Positions 26,996 through 40,471 of a stretch of DNA of 64,000 bases are shown in pieces (within the stretch, counting starts at the first letter, position 1; each line of letters begins with the position of its first letter). The notes under the pieces are model-generated. The model made no database searches. It was given only the letters and a program-made list of their open reading frames with translations, and was not told the DNA's origin. Location: contig NW_024704742.1 in assembly GCF_018977255.1 (NCBI RefSeq), forward strand, positions 35,528,001 through 35,592,000, read 5' to 3'. Position numbers and translations under genes: made by a program. Source of the DNA: Callorhinchus milii. Its lineage: Eukaryota.

Positions 26996-27619
26996 CTGTA
27001 AGTACATGCATATCAATTTAGAATGCAACTGGGTTTGAATTTACTGCATCAAAGAGCATAACAGCACATTTCAGCTGATACTGTGGAAAAACAAAGCCCC
27101 TGTATTCAAATTCAAAGTGAAAAGCATCTCCATACTGAAAAGCCCTTTATAAATATTAGACATTTGTAACATTACAATATTACTTAATATTAATATTACA
27201 AATACCACTTTTCTGGCTACAACAGGTTGTAAGTTATGGTGGTCTGTTCATTAATATCCCCACATGATAAAGTCTAGATCCATTTAACATGCCCTGCAGA
27301 GAATAAAATCGCTTCATCTGAAAAATAAAACAGATAAAAGCAAGTATCCTTACAGAAACATAGACCAGCAAGTGCACCATTAGGTAATAACATCAGTGAT
27401 ATGAAAAACAGTGTTGTAGATACTGTAGTCTACTGCCAGCCAGATCTTTACATATTCTGATGTGTTTTCTTACTTCATACAGTATCATACAATGTATCTT
27501 ACAGAATACAGTATCTTACAGAATGTAAGGTCAAGTATTTTATAACTTAACATTTTTATAACATCTTGCAACACGATTCTTATTTTGTGCATTTAAATGT
27601 AATTTAATATTGTTACAGC

Positions 27620-27990
27620 ACAGTCAGTAATCAGGAAACAGACTCAAAGGCCAGCCATCTAAGGTGGACATAAACTGAATTTCAAGTAGAATGACATGTG
27701 AAACAGGCCCAAAGGCAGATTCAGCTGAAAATAACTTGTAATCATCTGAGGCTGACAAAGAAAGGAATATTGCTATTGAACTGTTTACAAATAAACAAGG
27801 CAAATAGGTTGCTGCGCTATATTGACAAATTAGTTAAACTAAGATCACAGAAATTACACAGTTCTAGTCACAATATGAGGGGGGGGCCGAGAGATAGCGT
27901 GGAGAAGAGCAACAAGGATGATCCCCACTGTTAAAAGAATGAGCAAAGATTAAACAAGCTAGAGATAACCAGTCTTGAAAAGAAATGGCA
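27620..27990 (+). mobile_element. Decayed CR1 fragment
   Basis: INKANRLLRYI..KLRS and CR1-like downstream sequence. Confidence 0.55.
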
Positions 27991-28904
27991 CAAAACCAGC
28001 TTCACGGTTTACTTGTGAACTCATGTGGCTCAAGCATCTTCAAACCTACCGCCTCTCCCTCACATAAGCCAAAACTGTATTCTATTTGCAGGTCATCCCT
28101 GAGGCCACAATTAAACCCAAGCTTCTGTTTTCATAACTCATTACACCTTTGCTAGCTCCCTCAAGCACCCTCGATCTTCACCTCAAATGACAAATGAGAA
28201 GTGGGCTTCTTCATCTCAAAGATAGACAAAAAACATCAGCTTGGCTACCTCCTCTTCCTCTGCATAGCTTCAGGCTCCATCCCACTGCCCCTTAAAAGTA
28301 CCAGTCATCATTCTCCCTTCTCAAAAATACACTTGACTTTATAACTTTGCAAACAATTGCAAACTTGCTCTTCACTTCTAAAATCTTGGAATACATGTTA
28401 CTAAACAACTTTGATTACACCTCTCCCTCCAGTCACCGCTCCCTCCAGTCCAGTTTTCACCCTGCTCATAGAACAGAGATGGAGCTCGTCAAATATATAA
28501 AATATGTTGTCTCTCAGTGTGACCAGGGTTCCCTCTTATAAGCACGGTATCTTTGAATGAATTAAGAACATTAACTACAGATTTCATATTGCTAAAGGTT
28601 CTGGACAACATGAATTTCTTTCTGATGGAGATACAGAGGATATCTTGTAAGTTTAAGGTGTGTATTCTGGAGGGATGAGATCAGATGAGCTGAACCATCT
28701 TCAACCAAACCAAACTTGCGATCTTGTAATATGTAGTGAGGATTCAATATAAAAATATCCTGTAAGAGTGCTACCATGATAGCTTGTTAGCTAGTTATGG
28801 TCAGGCTACAGATTGCATTTCTGCAATTCAGCACTGGATATTCTCTTTATACTACACATAAGGCAACAGATTAAAACAAGCAACATGTGAATTCTGAGCG
28901 TATA

Positions 28905-29800
28905 GTTAGGAAGAGAAGGGGGCCAAGGATGGATCCTTGGGGTACCTCGCAGGTGACCAGCTGGAAGCGAGAAGAAAAGCCATTTGCAAAAACGTAGTGC
29001 TGGTGGTTTGTAAGGTAGGACTCGAACCAAGCGAATGGGGTCCCACTGAGGTAGATGAAGGAGGAAAGGCAGTAGAGGAGGAGGGTGTAATCGACTGTGT
29101 CGAATGGGGCAGAGAGATCCAGGAGGACAAGGTGGCAGAGGGAGCCCTGGTCACAGATAGAGGATATCGTTTGCGACTTTCACGAGTTAGCTGTACTGTG
29201 GGCAGGGCGGAAACCGGACTGAAGAGGATTGAGTAGGGATTGGAGGAAGAGGTGTGCGCAAAGTTGGTTGGCAACAACATGTTCCAGACCTTTGGCAAGG
29301 AAGGGCAGGTTTGAGACAGGGCAGTAGTGGCTGAGGTTGGAGAGATTGAGGGTGGGTTTTTTTTAAGAAGGGGGTTGATAACCACAATTTTGAGGGGGAG
29401 TGGGACTGACCCTGAGGGGAGAGACTGGTTAATAGTGTCCACCAGCAGTGGACAGAAGAGGGGGAGCTGGGTGATCAGCAGTTAGGTAGGGAGAGGGACG
29501 AGGCAGCAGGTGGTGGATTTCTTTGTGGTGATGGTGGATGAGAGGCAGAAAGTAGATGGGGGCAAATGAATGTAGGATGGGGGCCATGGTAGGAGCTGAG
29601 GGCACGGTGGGAGACAGAAAGGGGTGGTGGTAGGTAATACGGGGCAGAGGGATGAAGCTGCCAGGTGGATGTTGTCATTTTAGCAATAAGGACGTCCATG
29701 ACCTCTTCACACTTGGTGTTAGATGTGATGATTGAGGGTGCTTGAGGAGACGCACAGAGAAAGTGGAGAATAGGATTTTGGAGTTCTTGTTGGCTTCCAT
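28905..29800 (-). mobile_element. L2 ORF2 fragment, frameshifted
   Basis: SGSVPLPLKIVVINPLLKK; downstream LDLSA and GVPQGS-like motifs. Confidence 0.85.
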
Positions 29801-29931
29801 GTAAAAGATGTAAATATTCTTTTACATCAAACCAAACATATCAACAAGTTAAACAAGTTCAACCAACAAACTTATTTCAAAAGATCAATTTTAATCTCTT
29901 CGCAGTACAGTGTTTAAACATGTTTACTTAC

Positions 29932-29992
29932 CTCCAGCACATACGCTAGAAGGCTCCACTGTCAAAATTTCAGTGCAGGATTTCTTTAAAAT
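29932..29992 (-). CDS. ANTXR2: ANTXR2 exon 8 (ILKKSCTEILTVEPSSVCAG)
   Basis: Acceptor atattag|A, donor G|GTAAGT, 61 nt. Confidence 0.95.
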
Positions 29993-32829
29993 CTAATATA
30001 AATATTAGGAAAAAATGAATTTAGTGAATATGAAGGCAATGGTTATACACTTTAAACTAGTCAAGGCACATGCTTCAGCACTGAGGATTATAAATAATGA
30101 TCTAAATACAAACACTACTGCTCATGAGGGGGAGAAGGAAGAGTAACTCTTTCATGAGTTCTGGGAGAAGGGGGGGTGGGGGATGAAACAATTTTTTTCA
30201 TTTTATTTACATCAATTGGCTCTCGCTAAGATAAAGCTCCCTCTGATCAGACCAAACATTTTAAAAATACTGAACTAAACTTGCTATCTCTCTTTTACCC
30301 AATAGCCACTTCTAGAGTTCTAGACAGATTGTTATTAGCACAACCATATTCAAAAACAAGAAGTTAAAATATTTTTGAGATAAACAGTTTATATTTGTGA
30401 TATTTCACAACGCATTTGCATTATTAAATATTTCCTATTGCAGGCATGCATTGACATCTTAACAAGGTTCAGTGTAGCCAAAACCACAGCTTCCTGCAAT
30501 TGCCATTCCACTGCCATGTTCAGATATTAACTGTCATACTCCCTCTGATATGCCATTATTGAGGCATACATAAAGGGAGTGTGGGGAAAACCTTATCTCA
30601 TCAGTTTCCTGATCTACGGCATTAAAATGCTGATTACATTTTAAACGTTTTACCCTGAGTTCTAAACTGGAAATTTGCTTGAATTTCTGTGCTAAAGTTG
30701 CACCAAAATGGTGAGAAGTCCCTAGATAAGCCATCTATTTTTGAGCCTAAAGCACATTTCTACACCACAGATCAGAAAACAGACTAAATTGTTTCCATTT
30801 GTGCTTTTTTAAATTGTTGCCCCAATAATGGCAAACCAGCCATTATTAAGTAAGATGTCAGCAGAGTGTCAGCCTTGGAAGAAACAATCATCTGCATCTG
30901 ATTGATGGTTAACACAAGCAAGAGTTAAGGGACTCATCCTTTCCCAACCTTATGATAGTTACCACAAGCATCTCATTACGAAACATCACACGTTTCAATT
31001 GAATTGGCAAAAATTGTCTGATTAAATATTGATGAGTTTGTATTACATGTATCATTTTATGGACACAGATATTTTCCTGTTGCTAACTTGATAGTAATCC
31101 TTGCATTTAATATCACACCTTTCACATGTCTCAAGTGCTACATTTACTGTGATGTCTAATGAAGGTGTATTTTGTAAGCAATTTTAACTGAGGAATACAA
31201 TATCAAAAAGTAGCAGGAAAGAAGCGAGAATTATCAAGAGCAAGCATCATTCAGGATTACACGAATATAAATAAGAGTGTCTTTTTTCATTCAGCTCACT
31301 CCACAATCATTGTCATAATTTTGTACTGTATTTTATACAGATCATGAATAAATAAATGGTTAATGCAACAAGATTGCAGAGAAGTGTTAAATAAAGAATT
31401 GTAATCTCTTATTCAAGGGTGTGGAACTTATTGCCAAGAGCTGTGATTGGAAAGTAGAATGTATTTATAAGGACACAGTGCATGAGGGAGAAGGGAATAG
31501 AAGCATATGGGAAAGGGGATGAGGAGCTCACATGGAATGTAAATACTGGCACAGTCTGGTGCAGAATGGTGTTGTAACTTTCCAAGTAGTCCCTTTGAAA
31601 CTGGCCTTAAAAAGATGTATTCAAATTTTCAAAACAAATATGATTAATACCACACCTAAATATGATCAATTTGGATGAATAACAAAGTGGTTACTAACCA
31701 CATGTTGTTCCACATTCCACAAGACAGTTAAATTATTGTGGCAATGAATGTTGTGGAACATTCCTAGGAATTATCTGCTGTTGGCTTTATATCTTTCTCA
31801 TTCTGCTGCAATGATAAAAACACTTAAATATCTTCTAAACTAAGATTCCTACAACCAAGCAGAAGCCTGTCCTCAGATCCCAAACGAGGGCCGACATAGG
31901 AAGGGAAATATGTGCTGACCCAAGCAAGTAGATTGAGTGGAGACAGCAGCAGATTGAACAAACAACTAAAGAATCAGATTAGAACTCGGCATCCTTCCAG
32001 ATAGGCCAGTAAAAGACTGGGTGCAAGTAATGAAATAAACCACCAGTGTTGACCACAACTAAAATGGGTCACAAGGTGCATGGGCGACTCATGCTGTGAT
32101 AAAGAATGATCAGTGTAAAGTTAAGTAACAATAGCGCAGATGCTAAGGACATTTGTGAGAGAGTAAGCGTGACTAAAAGAGTATTTTAGTGAAAGAAGGG
32201 TAAGCTACAATAGGAGAGCGATGGAGATGCAGTAAGAAGGCTGTGACAAAAAGGAGATTGTCCGTCAACATTGATTCTAGCGCTCACTAATTCCACCATT
32301 CTCTCCCAGAGTAGGTAAAAGAGCTCCACCACACTCTGAGCTATAAGTCGCTGTTATATGTAACTTATTGATGTAACATTAAAATTGTCGCTTTGGCTTT
32401 ATTCAATACAAACCATTTGATTAGTGTTCTTGAGAAACCTGCCCTTGAGTCTATGTGTTACAATGTGAGAACGTTTTACACTGCAGTGATCTTCAGGGTT
32501 TTTTCTAAATTCTGTTTTGTGTTTTATTGAAAGAGCTAACTCAAGCTGGAACACAGTGAGACATATCGGAGATATCTTTCTAATCTCTAGGGAACGGGAA
32601 GGGAAATCACATTCAAATTTATTACTGCCCTGTCCTCACCCAACCTTCAACAACTATAGTGCTCTTATCGTCTTTTCAGTTAAGACCAACTCATGGCATC
32701 AACAAGAGGTCAAATGTAGGACATTCAAAATTGCTGTGACTCAGCTTCACACTGGTTTCACAATTCCCAAGCACTGAGAACCTCTTCCATCAATACCCTT
32801 GTTTGCAATAATAAACTAAATTATATATT

Positions 32830-33200
32830 TTTTTCTGTCAATTTTCTCCTCGCCAGAAGGCATTTCCTTCTGTTACATGGGTGCTCCTCACCCATATAGT
32901 ACCTTGCCTAATTCTTTGTGTGATTCAGTGAGTGTTGGCAGACTATTCAACTGTGGGAGCATAACAGTCAAGCCAAGTATTGTCCTCCCATTCCATCCAC
33001 ACTTATAGCAGAAGGCTGAATAATAATCAGGAATCGTGAATTATGTGGCTGATTGTCATATCCCTAACTTAGGGACACTGAGGCCAACTGTAGAACTCCA
33101 ACTGCTACCCCTGCTAGGATCACCAACTCACACCACATTCAAATCCATGGCCTTCGAGTCTCTATGACTTATTGCTGTGCCAAGGGTTGTCTTCAATGAT
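32830..33200 (-). mobile_element. Old SINE-like dispersed repeat; related copy at ~9430-9700 (+)
   Basis: Shared block TTGGCCTCAGTG(T/A)CCCT(A/G)AGTT(A/G)GG in opposite orientations. Confidence 0.5.
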
Positions 33201-33256
33201 TAAACCATAAAAGGAACTGCTAAAGCACATGAAATACATTTTCAAATGGAACTCAC

Positions 33257-33337
33257 CAAATCAATTATTCCTTTTAAAGCATGAAATCCTCCAGTAACAG
33301 GGAAAACATAATGCGATGAATCAGCAATTTGTTCCAG
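33257..33337 (-). CDS. ANTXR2: ANTXR2 exon 7 (LEQIADSSHYVFPVTGGFHALKGIIDL)
   Basis: Acceptor tttcaaaaaag|C, donor TTG|GTGAGT, 81 nt. Confidence 0.95.
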
Positions 33338-35304
33338 CTTTTTTGAAATACAAAAATATTGTAAATGTTACAATTCAAATCCAAACTGAACTCATAAGTT
33401 TATAATTACTTTCAGTCTTTAGTAATTTGCAACATTTTAGTCAATTTGCTGTAGGTCTGTTGACAAAAAAAATCAAAATACTATTCATTAGAATATAATG
33501 TGGATGTTGTGCCACTTTTTATATTGCACACAATATTACAATAATCTTAAATGGCTATTGTAAACAATGGCATGCCATAGTTTAGAATTTAAAATATTGT
33601 CATTACAAACATATATAACTAGTAACATCATCTTAGAACTTCAGGAAGCCACAAAGATAAAGTTGCACGAAGAGTTGAGGAATTTATTCTTTATCATTAC
33701 AAATTTCAGAACATCAAGCTCATTGAGATAAAGTAGTGCACTCTTAAGAGATGTTTGAGAGATTTAGTCAGTAAAGTACAGATCTGAAAACAAGCAGACA
33801 ATCATGCTAGGCTAGCCAATAACTGTACTTAATATTGTGTCTTCCAGTAAAATGTTTTCAAGCAATTAACAATTATAATAGAGACCACCAAACAGAGAGA
33901 ATGGGTTGAAGGCAGTGAAAGAAGAAACAAGAACAAAATTATTGGAAGACAATTTTAGAGGCGGGTGTGGGGCAGTACCAATTGTGGTACAGATGTAATG
34001 AAGAATGAGCTGCAGTCCTGAAAACAGAAGAGTGGAGACAGAGGATTTAGATCAGTTGGGATTAATTGAGGCTGGAGCCAAGGAGACAGTGGAAAGAAAT
34101 CTATCCTCAAGGTCATGAAGGCATCAATGGAGGTTTTAGTAGTAAATGACTAAAAGAGAATAGGCAGTTAAAATGAAGGGGAGAAATTATCTGAACAAAA
34201 CATTAAAGGCAATAATGTATTATATCCATTAATTAATAACATGGTATCCCAAAACACATTTATTTGGGTGAATACATTCATTTTTAATTATTATTCATGC
34301 TCAAAATACGATTCCATACTTCAGTTTTAATAACTAAAAATAATCCTTCCATTTGATAAAATGCCATTCACATTGGGAGCACATCTTAAAGTACTTCACA
34401 AAATGTCACTGTGTAGTTTGTAGACAAATATGGCAGCTAATTTACACAACAATGCCCCACAAACAGCAATAAAACAAATGAACTACTGCACATTGTGAAA
34501 AATTAGTTTGTAAACCTGAGGCCTTATATTTTACAGTAGTGTAATTCACTGGCCAGCCAATCTCAAATAGAAGTTAAAACTGTTATGCAAGTAATGAGCG
34601 GGATTTTATAGCACTTCAGTCCAACAAATCAGTTGGTCAGAGGACATTTTACCAACAAAATCTGGCAAGCATTCTACAACAACAAATTACATTTGTTTAG
34701 CGCCTTTCACTTCGGGAGAACATCCCAAGCTGCTGCAGTTGGGGATTTGGACCCGAGCAGGGGATGGAATCGTGAATGTTGGAGGTAGGGGTAGGAGGAT
34801 GGCTGAAGGCGCAGTCGAACAGGAGGGTCTTGAGATGTGCCCTTTACATTATTTTAGGGACTTTCATTATTTGGTTTCATGTTATAGCCATGTTGTGAAC
34901 ATGATATACTGATGTTTACAATATGAGGAAATACTCAAAATATGTTGCATCATAAAACTACAACAAATTGAATTTATATGGCGACTTTCACTTCGAGAGG
35001 TAATTTCAAGGCACTGGACAGTCAAGGTTTTGCACCCGAGCTATGGGCTGGAGTCAAAAGGTCAAGAAGGTGGTGGTGGGAAGATGACCAAAGAGGAGAG
35101 TCTTGAAATGGGTCTTGAAGAAGGCAAGGGGGGGGGGGGGGGGGGCAAGACAGAGGGACATTATTGCAGACTTTGAGAACAAGTTCTAAATTATTAAAGT
35201 CCTTAATAGATTAACTGGGGAAAAAACCCTATAACTTTTCTCTTGTTTTGCTTGTTACATACAAAGATAGCTAATTCCAACTATCTACTAGTCTTGGTGA
35301 AAGG

Positions 35305-37580
35305 TTCCATAGGATCATAGAACCCTACAGTACAGAAGGAAGCCATTTAGCCCATCGGGTGCATGCCAGCTCTTTGAAAAGAACTATCCAAATCAATCCC
35401 ACTCCCCCGCTCTCTCCCCAAAGCCCTGAAACTTGTCCTCGCCAAATAATTGTCTACTTCTATCTTAAAAGTTGTTATCAAATCAGCTTCCACCACCCTT
35501 TCAGGCAATGCATTCCAGATCCAAACAACTCGCTGTGTGAAAAAATTTCTCCTCACCTCCCCTATGGTTCTGTTGCCAACTATTTTAAATGTGTATCTTC
35601 TGGTTACCGACCCAACTGCCAGTGGAAACAGTTTCAGTTTCTCCTTGTTCACCCTATCAAATCCCCTCATAATTTTGAACACCTCTATTAAATCTCCCTG
35701 AAACCTTCTCTGCTCCCAAGGAATATAATCCTAGCTTCTCTAGCCTCTCCTCATAACTGAAGTCCCTTACTCTTGTAACATCCTGGTAAATCTCCTTTGC
35801 ACTCTCTCCAATGCCTTGACATCCTCTCTAAAGTGTGGTACCCAGAACTGAACACAGTACTCTAGCTGAGACCTAATCAGTGTTTTATAAAGGTTCATCA
35901 TAACCTTCTTACTTTTGTATTCTATAACCCTATTTATAAAGCCGAGTATCCCTTTTTTTTTAAAAAAACAGCTTTATCCACCTGTTCCTCCACCTTCCTG
36001 TCCGATGTCATCAACCTCTCCTTGTCCACCGGTTCAGTTCCCACCCCCCTAAAAACAGCTGTCATTACCCCCATCCTGAAAAAACCTTCCCTGGATCCAT
36101 CCCTCCTCTCCAGCTACTGCCCCATCTCTAACCTTCCATTCCTCTCCAAGATCCTGGAACGAGTCGTCACATCCCAGCTCCGCTCCTTTCTCTCTGGCCA
36201 TTCCCTCTTTGAACCTCTCCAATCCGGATTCCGCGCTGCCCACAGCATGGAAACAGTCCTGGTCAAAGTCACTAATGACATTTTGAACATCTGTGATCAG
36301 GGCTCCCTCTGCCTCCTTGTCCTCCTCAACCTCTCTGTCGCCTTCGTCACTGTCGACCACACCATCCTCATACATCGCCTCTCCGCTTTACTAAATCTTC
36401 ACGGACCTGCCCTTGCCTGGTTCGATTCCTATCTCTCTCACCGTCTCCACTTCGTTGCCTCTAACGGTTTCTCCTCCAGTCCCCACACTGTCACGTCTGG
36501 CGTCCCCCAGGGCTCTGTCCTTGGCCCTCTCCTCTTTAATATCTACATGCTCCCTCCTGATGACATCATCCGCAGACATGAGGTCAACTTCCATATGTAT
36601 GCAGATGACACCCAACTTTATCTTTCTGCCTCCACCCTCAACTCCAGGACCACTGCTGTCCTGACAGACTGTCGGGACGTCCTCCCGACGTGAAAGGCGC
36701 TCTATAAATGGAATCTCGTTGTTGTTTTATCCTGTTTCTCTACATTAGCCATGCCCTCTGCCTCAAGAAGATTTCTTCTTTGGTCACTAATCAGCCCCAT
36801 CCTACCTTTGACTAACCTTTTATTCTTTACACACTTATAAAATACTTTAGGGGTCCCTTTTATGTTACCCGCTAATCTTTTTCATACAATCTCTTTGCCC
36901 CTCTTATTTCCTTTTTTAATTCTTCTCTGTACTTTCTATATTCTGTTTGATTATCTTCTGTATTTTGGACCTGACATTTATCATAAGCTTTCTTTTTCTG
37001 TTTTATTTTAATCCCAATTTCCTTTGTCATACAGGGAGTTTTACCTTCGTGGGAATGTATTTGTTCTGTCCTCGAACTATCTCCTCCTTGAAGGCTTCCC
37101 ATTGCTCATTAGCCGTTTTACCTACTAATCTTTCTTTGCAGTCCACCTTGGCTAGATCCCTTTTCATTTCACTGAAATTAGCCCTCTTCCAGTTGAGTAT
37201 CTTCACCTTTGATTGTTCCTTTTCCCTTTCAATAAATACTGTAACCCTAATGATGTTCTGATCACTGTTCTCCAGATGCTCTCCCACTAAGACCTGCTCC
37301 ATGTGCCCCACTTCATTCATAAGATCTAGCACTGCTTCCTTCCTCATTGGGCTGGACACATACTGAATACATTGTAGCCAGGATTTCAGCTCCCATTCCT
37401 GCCCTTGTTTGAGCCACATCTCCATTATTGTCACTACATCATAACCCCTTGTGGCAACTTGAGCCTGCAGCTCACCAATCTTATTTGTCATGCTCCCTGC
37501 ATTTACACACATGCACTCCAAGATCTACTTAGTCTGCTCTGAATTTTTCCCCCCATCTAATCCCTCCTTTTTACAGACTA
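35305..37580 (-). mobile_element. CR1-clade LINE remnant (endonuclease and C-terminal parts), interrupted by an L2
   Basis: CMCVNAGSMTNKIGEL (APE start), LNWKRANFSEMKRDL, FFTQRVVWIWNALPERVVEA; TTCTATGA-type 3' end near 35310. Confidence 0.9.
35998..36727 (+). mobile_element. L2 RT fragment, 223-aa open frame joined directly to an L2 3' tail
   Basis: [43 protein letters not shown]. Confidence 0.92.
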
Positions 37581-37617
37581 CTCTTTATTGCATTGTTTGT
37601 CTCTCCCAGTCCTCTAT

Positions 37618-38042
37618 GCAACAACAACAAAATCAACAACTTGCACTTATATAGCACCCTCCATGCAGGGTAGTGCCTCAGAGTGCTTAACAGTGGCAGA
37701 GCCTGACTCCAAGCTGGGGGCGGGGGATGTGGTCGTAAGCACAGTTGAAGAGAAAGGTTTTCAGGCGGAACTTGAAAAGGGGGAGATGGGGCAAGGAGGA
37801 GGGCTTGAGGTGGAATGTTCCAGAGTTTCGGGATATAGTGGCTGAAAGCGTGACCTCTGATGATGTGGCGGAGGCCAGTGCCAGTTGTGCGGAGGTGCTG
37901 GGTGGTGGATTGGGGAGTGAGGATGTCGGAGGTAGGGAGGTGCCAGAGAGTGAAGGGATTTGAATGCAAGTGTGAGGATCTTGAAGTCGATCCGTTTGGT
38001 GATTGGGAGCTAGTGGAGCTTGGCCACAACTGGTGAGATGTG
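37618..38042 (-). mobile_element. L2 3' fragment
   Basis: Near match to the 21232-21670 copy; (TTG)n tail. Confidence 0.85.
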
Positions 38043-38255
38043 TATAACTTGTTTATCCTCTCTGATGCTACATCCTGGTTCCCTTCCCCCCTTGAAATTA
38101 ACGAGTTTAGTGGGTTCTCTGCTGGTATAAAGATATCAAACTAATCATTTCAAACTTACCTTGCTCTTCTTCCCAAAGGCTGTTTGATCACTCGCTGGAG
38201 CTTTGCTATCAACCAGAGACTACAAGTTAATCAATGATTCATTCTGAAGTCTTAC

Positions 38256-38324
38256 CTGTTCAGTTTCAAAGTCTTTGACTCCAACACAAAAGATTTTTGC
38301 TCCGAGATTTCTGGCTTTTGTAGC
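38256..38324 (-). CDS. ANTXR2: ANTXR2 exon 6 (ATKARNLGAKIFCVGVKDFETEQ)
   Basis: Acceptor ttattacag|G, donor CAG|GTAAGA, 69 nt. Confidence 0.95.
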
Positions 38325-38599
38325 CTGTAATAAAATTCTAAATAAGTTAACTCAATTCCTTTTTTTAAAAAAAACTTTGGGACTTTCATGTCTCTCTCTT
38401 TTTCACAGTGACTCAGTCTCTAACCATACAATGCGTTTATCTTTGCTCTGCCAGTTCAGTTACACTGAGCAAGTAAATTGCATTCCGCAGAACTTCACAC
38501 ATCGACCTAACTGTTTTTTTTTGATGAGAAACGCACCAAGTTCACTTTAGCATCCAAGCCCAATATGGATAAGGGAAAGTGTGGATAATCAGAGTGCAT

Positions 38600-39780
38600 A
38601 GTGTTCTACTGTAATGGAAAACTAGTCCCAAACTTTTTTTTGGTCAGCCGAGTATCTGATACGTGTGGAACCCCATCACCATGCTTAAAAGTTTCCAAGC
38701 CAAACCGAGAATTCCATGCATCCCACCTACACATGGAAATTCCAGAGATAGATTGTTGGAATGGAAGGAGCACCCTCTCCCTGGAAGGACGCATCCTGCT
38801 TATCCAATTCCTGAAAATATTAGGCACAGGTTGGCAAGAACCAAGGCTTGGGAACCCCAGAGTGTATGTTGGGGTACTTCTGGAGTCTAATCGGCTAAAT
38901 TTCCATTCATATCACTGAGTGGCAAGCTTTTCTGTTTGTCCAGGCTTGCAGGGTTAACAGCAGCTGAGCCAGATGACTCCCTGCCCCCAGTGACTGGTCT
39001 TCCCTTCCAGGTCCTGCTGATGAGCCAGGCTGGCAGTGCTATCATCAGCAGTGCCCTGGAATATTGTGGACCCGCCTGGCTCAGGAACCGGACTACCCAG
39101 ACTACCACAGAGGGCTGGCTCTTTTCCAACATTCAGTTGCCAAACATGTCATCTTGGAACCAGATCATCTCCAAAAAGACCCCAGTTACCTCCCACCAAA
39201 GAGGATAGTCAACAATTGGTCGTTCAACATCTGACAAGCACGGGTGTGAGCCTCACTAGGTGAATGGTAGGTACAGGGAACTCCCTGCGAGCTTCCTGGT
39301 GGGCAACGCATCTAAGCATGAAATGCGTGAAAGCATTGCCACTCTCTTCCTATCCACAATTCGGCCACGTGACCCTTCCCACTGAGCAATGGTTCCACCA
39401 GTTGGAGGTGCAGAGTTTAAGCAGCAGCTGTTTGCCTCTCTGGAAGCCCATCAAGGTGGAGTCCAAACGCTGGATGTATGAATGTGTATAGGCCAGGGCC
39501 CTCCCTCCCTGCAGCCACTTCCTGGGTTTACCAAAAATCTACCTCACTGCTTGATCCTGGACTTTGCAAATGGACTGGAAGAAACACCTCTGCTGCATCC
39601 CCATGAGCTTGGAATCATAAAAGAGGATTGTCTGTACACAGGTCTTGTAAGCCACATGTTTGACCTGCTTTAGGACCTTACTGACCTTGAAGAGGGATGA
39701 GCATGACTATAATGCGCTTTGCCCCTACTTAGCAAGCTCCATCCAGACAGTGTCCAGACTGAAGTTGGTGTTTAACTCTA
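38600..39780 (-). mobile_element. Decayed non-CR1/L2 LINE 3' portion (post-RT region, CCHC-like knuckle, long 3' UTR); clade unresolved
   Basis: Minus-strand translation VKHVAYKTCVQTILFYDSKLMG..KVQDQAVR*IFG..PNCG*EESGNAFTHFMLRC..EARREF; homologous copies at 45660-46795, 42705-42965 and ~8550-8640. Confidence 0.6.
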
Positions 39781-39826
39781 AAAAAACTTGAATGATGTGA
39801 CAACAATGTGGAAGTATTGTACTTAC

Positions 39827-39934
39827 TGCTTTCAAAGCGTAGGGCAGCAGCATTTCAACTAACTTGCCATCAGTGAGAACAATAATGACACTTGCAGTCT
39901 TCAAACCATTTTCCTGATTGATTTGTTCAGAGGC
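39827..39934 (-). CDS. ANTXR2: ANTXR2 exon 5 (ASEQINQENGLKTASVIIVLTDGKLVEMLLPYALKA), contains MIDAS Asp
   Basis: Acceptor tttcttag|G, donor GCA|GTAAGT, 108 nt. Confidence 0.95.
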
Positions 39935-40471
39935 CTAAGAAATAGAATAATTGAATCTCATTCTTTATCAGGAGGACATCTCAAAGCACTTCACAAAGCT
40001 TAACGTGAGCAGTGTTGGGAAGTGGTGCTGCGCCCTATGTTGGCAAGAGAGCTGATCACGATGTTCTGACCAACACTAACAAGATTATAAGAGAGGTTCA
40101 GATAAAGAAGGCCCTTTAACCCATGAGATTCCATCCTTCCAAAACACCCACCCAACTATCTTCCTATAACACCAGGATACAATTTATATAGCACCTTTCA
40201 TGACGGAGGGGGACATTTCAAGGCACTTTACGCTGATAGCTGAGCACCTGAGCTGGGAAGGTGGAGCTGTTTTTGAAATAAATTCAGTGACCTGTCCTCA
40301 ACCATTCTCGCTGATAACCTGTTCCAGTCATTAATTACCCCCTGAAAAATTAATATTTCTTGGTGTCTTTCTTAAAATTGTCCATTATGTCTAAAAGTAC
40401 TTTAAAAGATCTACTGTAAAATGCAGCAACTGCGTATTTAGGCAAAGGCAGCCAATATGCACACAGCATTA

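Noticed and set aside
27200..27317. Strong acceptor TTTTATTTTTCAG as a possible exon 9
   Set aside because: In-frame stop and no ANTXR similarity; the true 99-nt exon 9 is at 26897-26995.
36022..36693. Stand-alone or domesticated reverse transcriptase gene
   Set aside because: Truncated L2 ORF2 fragment with a LINE tail and many homologous decayed copies in the window; no ATG start or splice structure supporting a gene.
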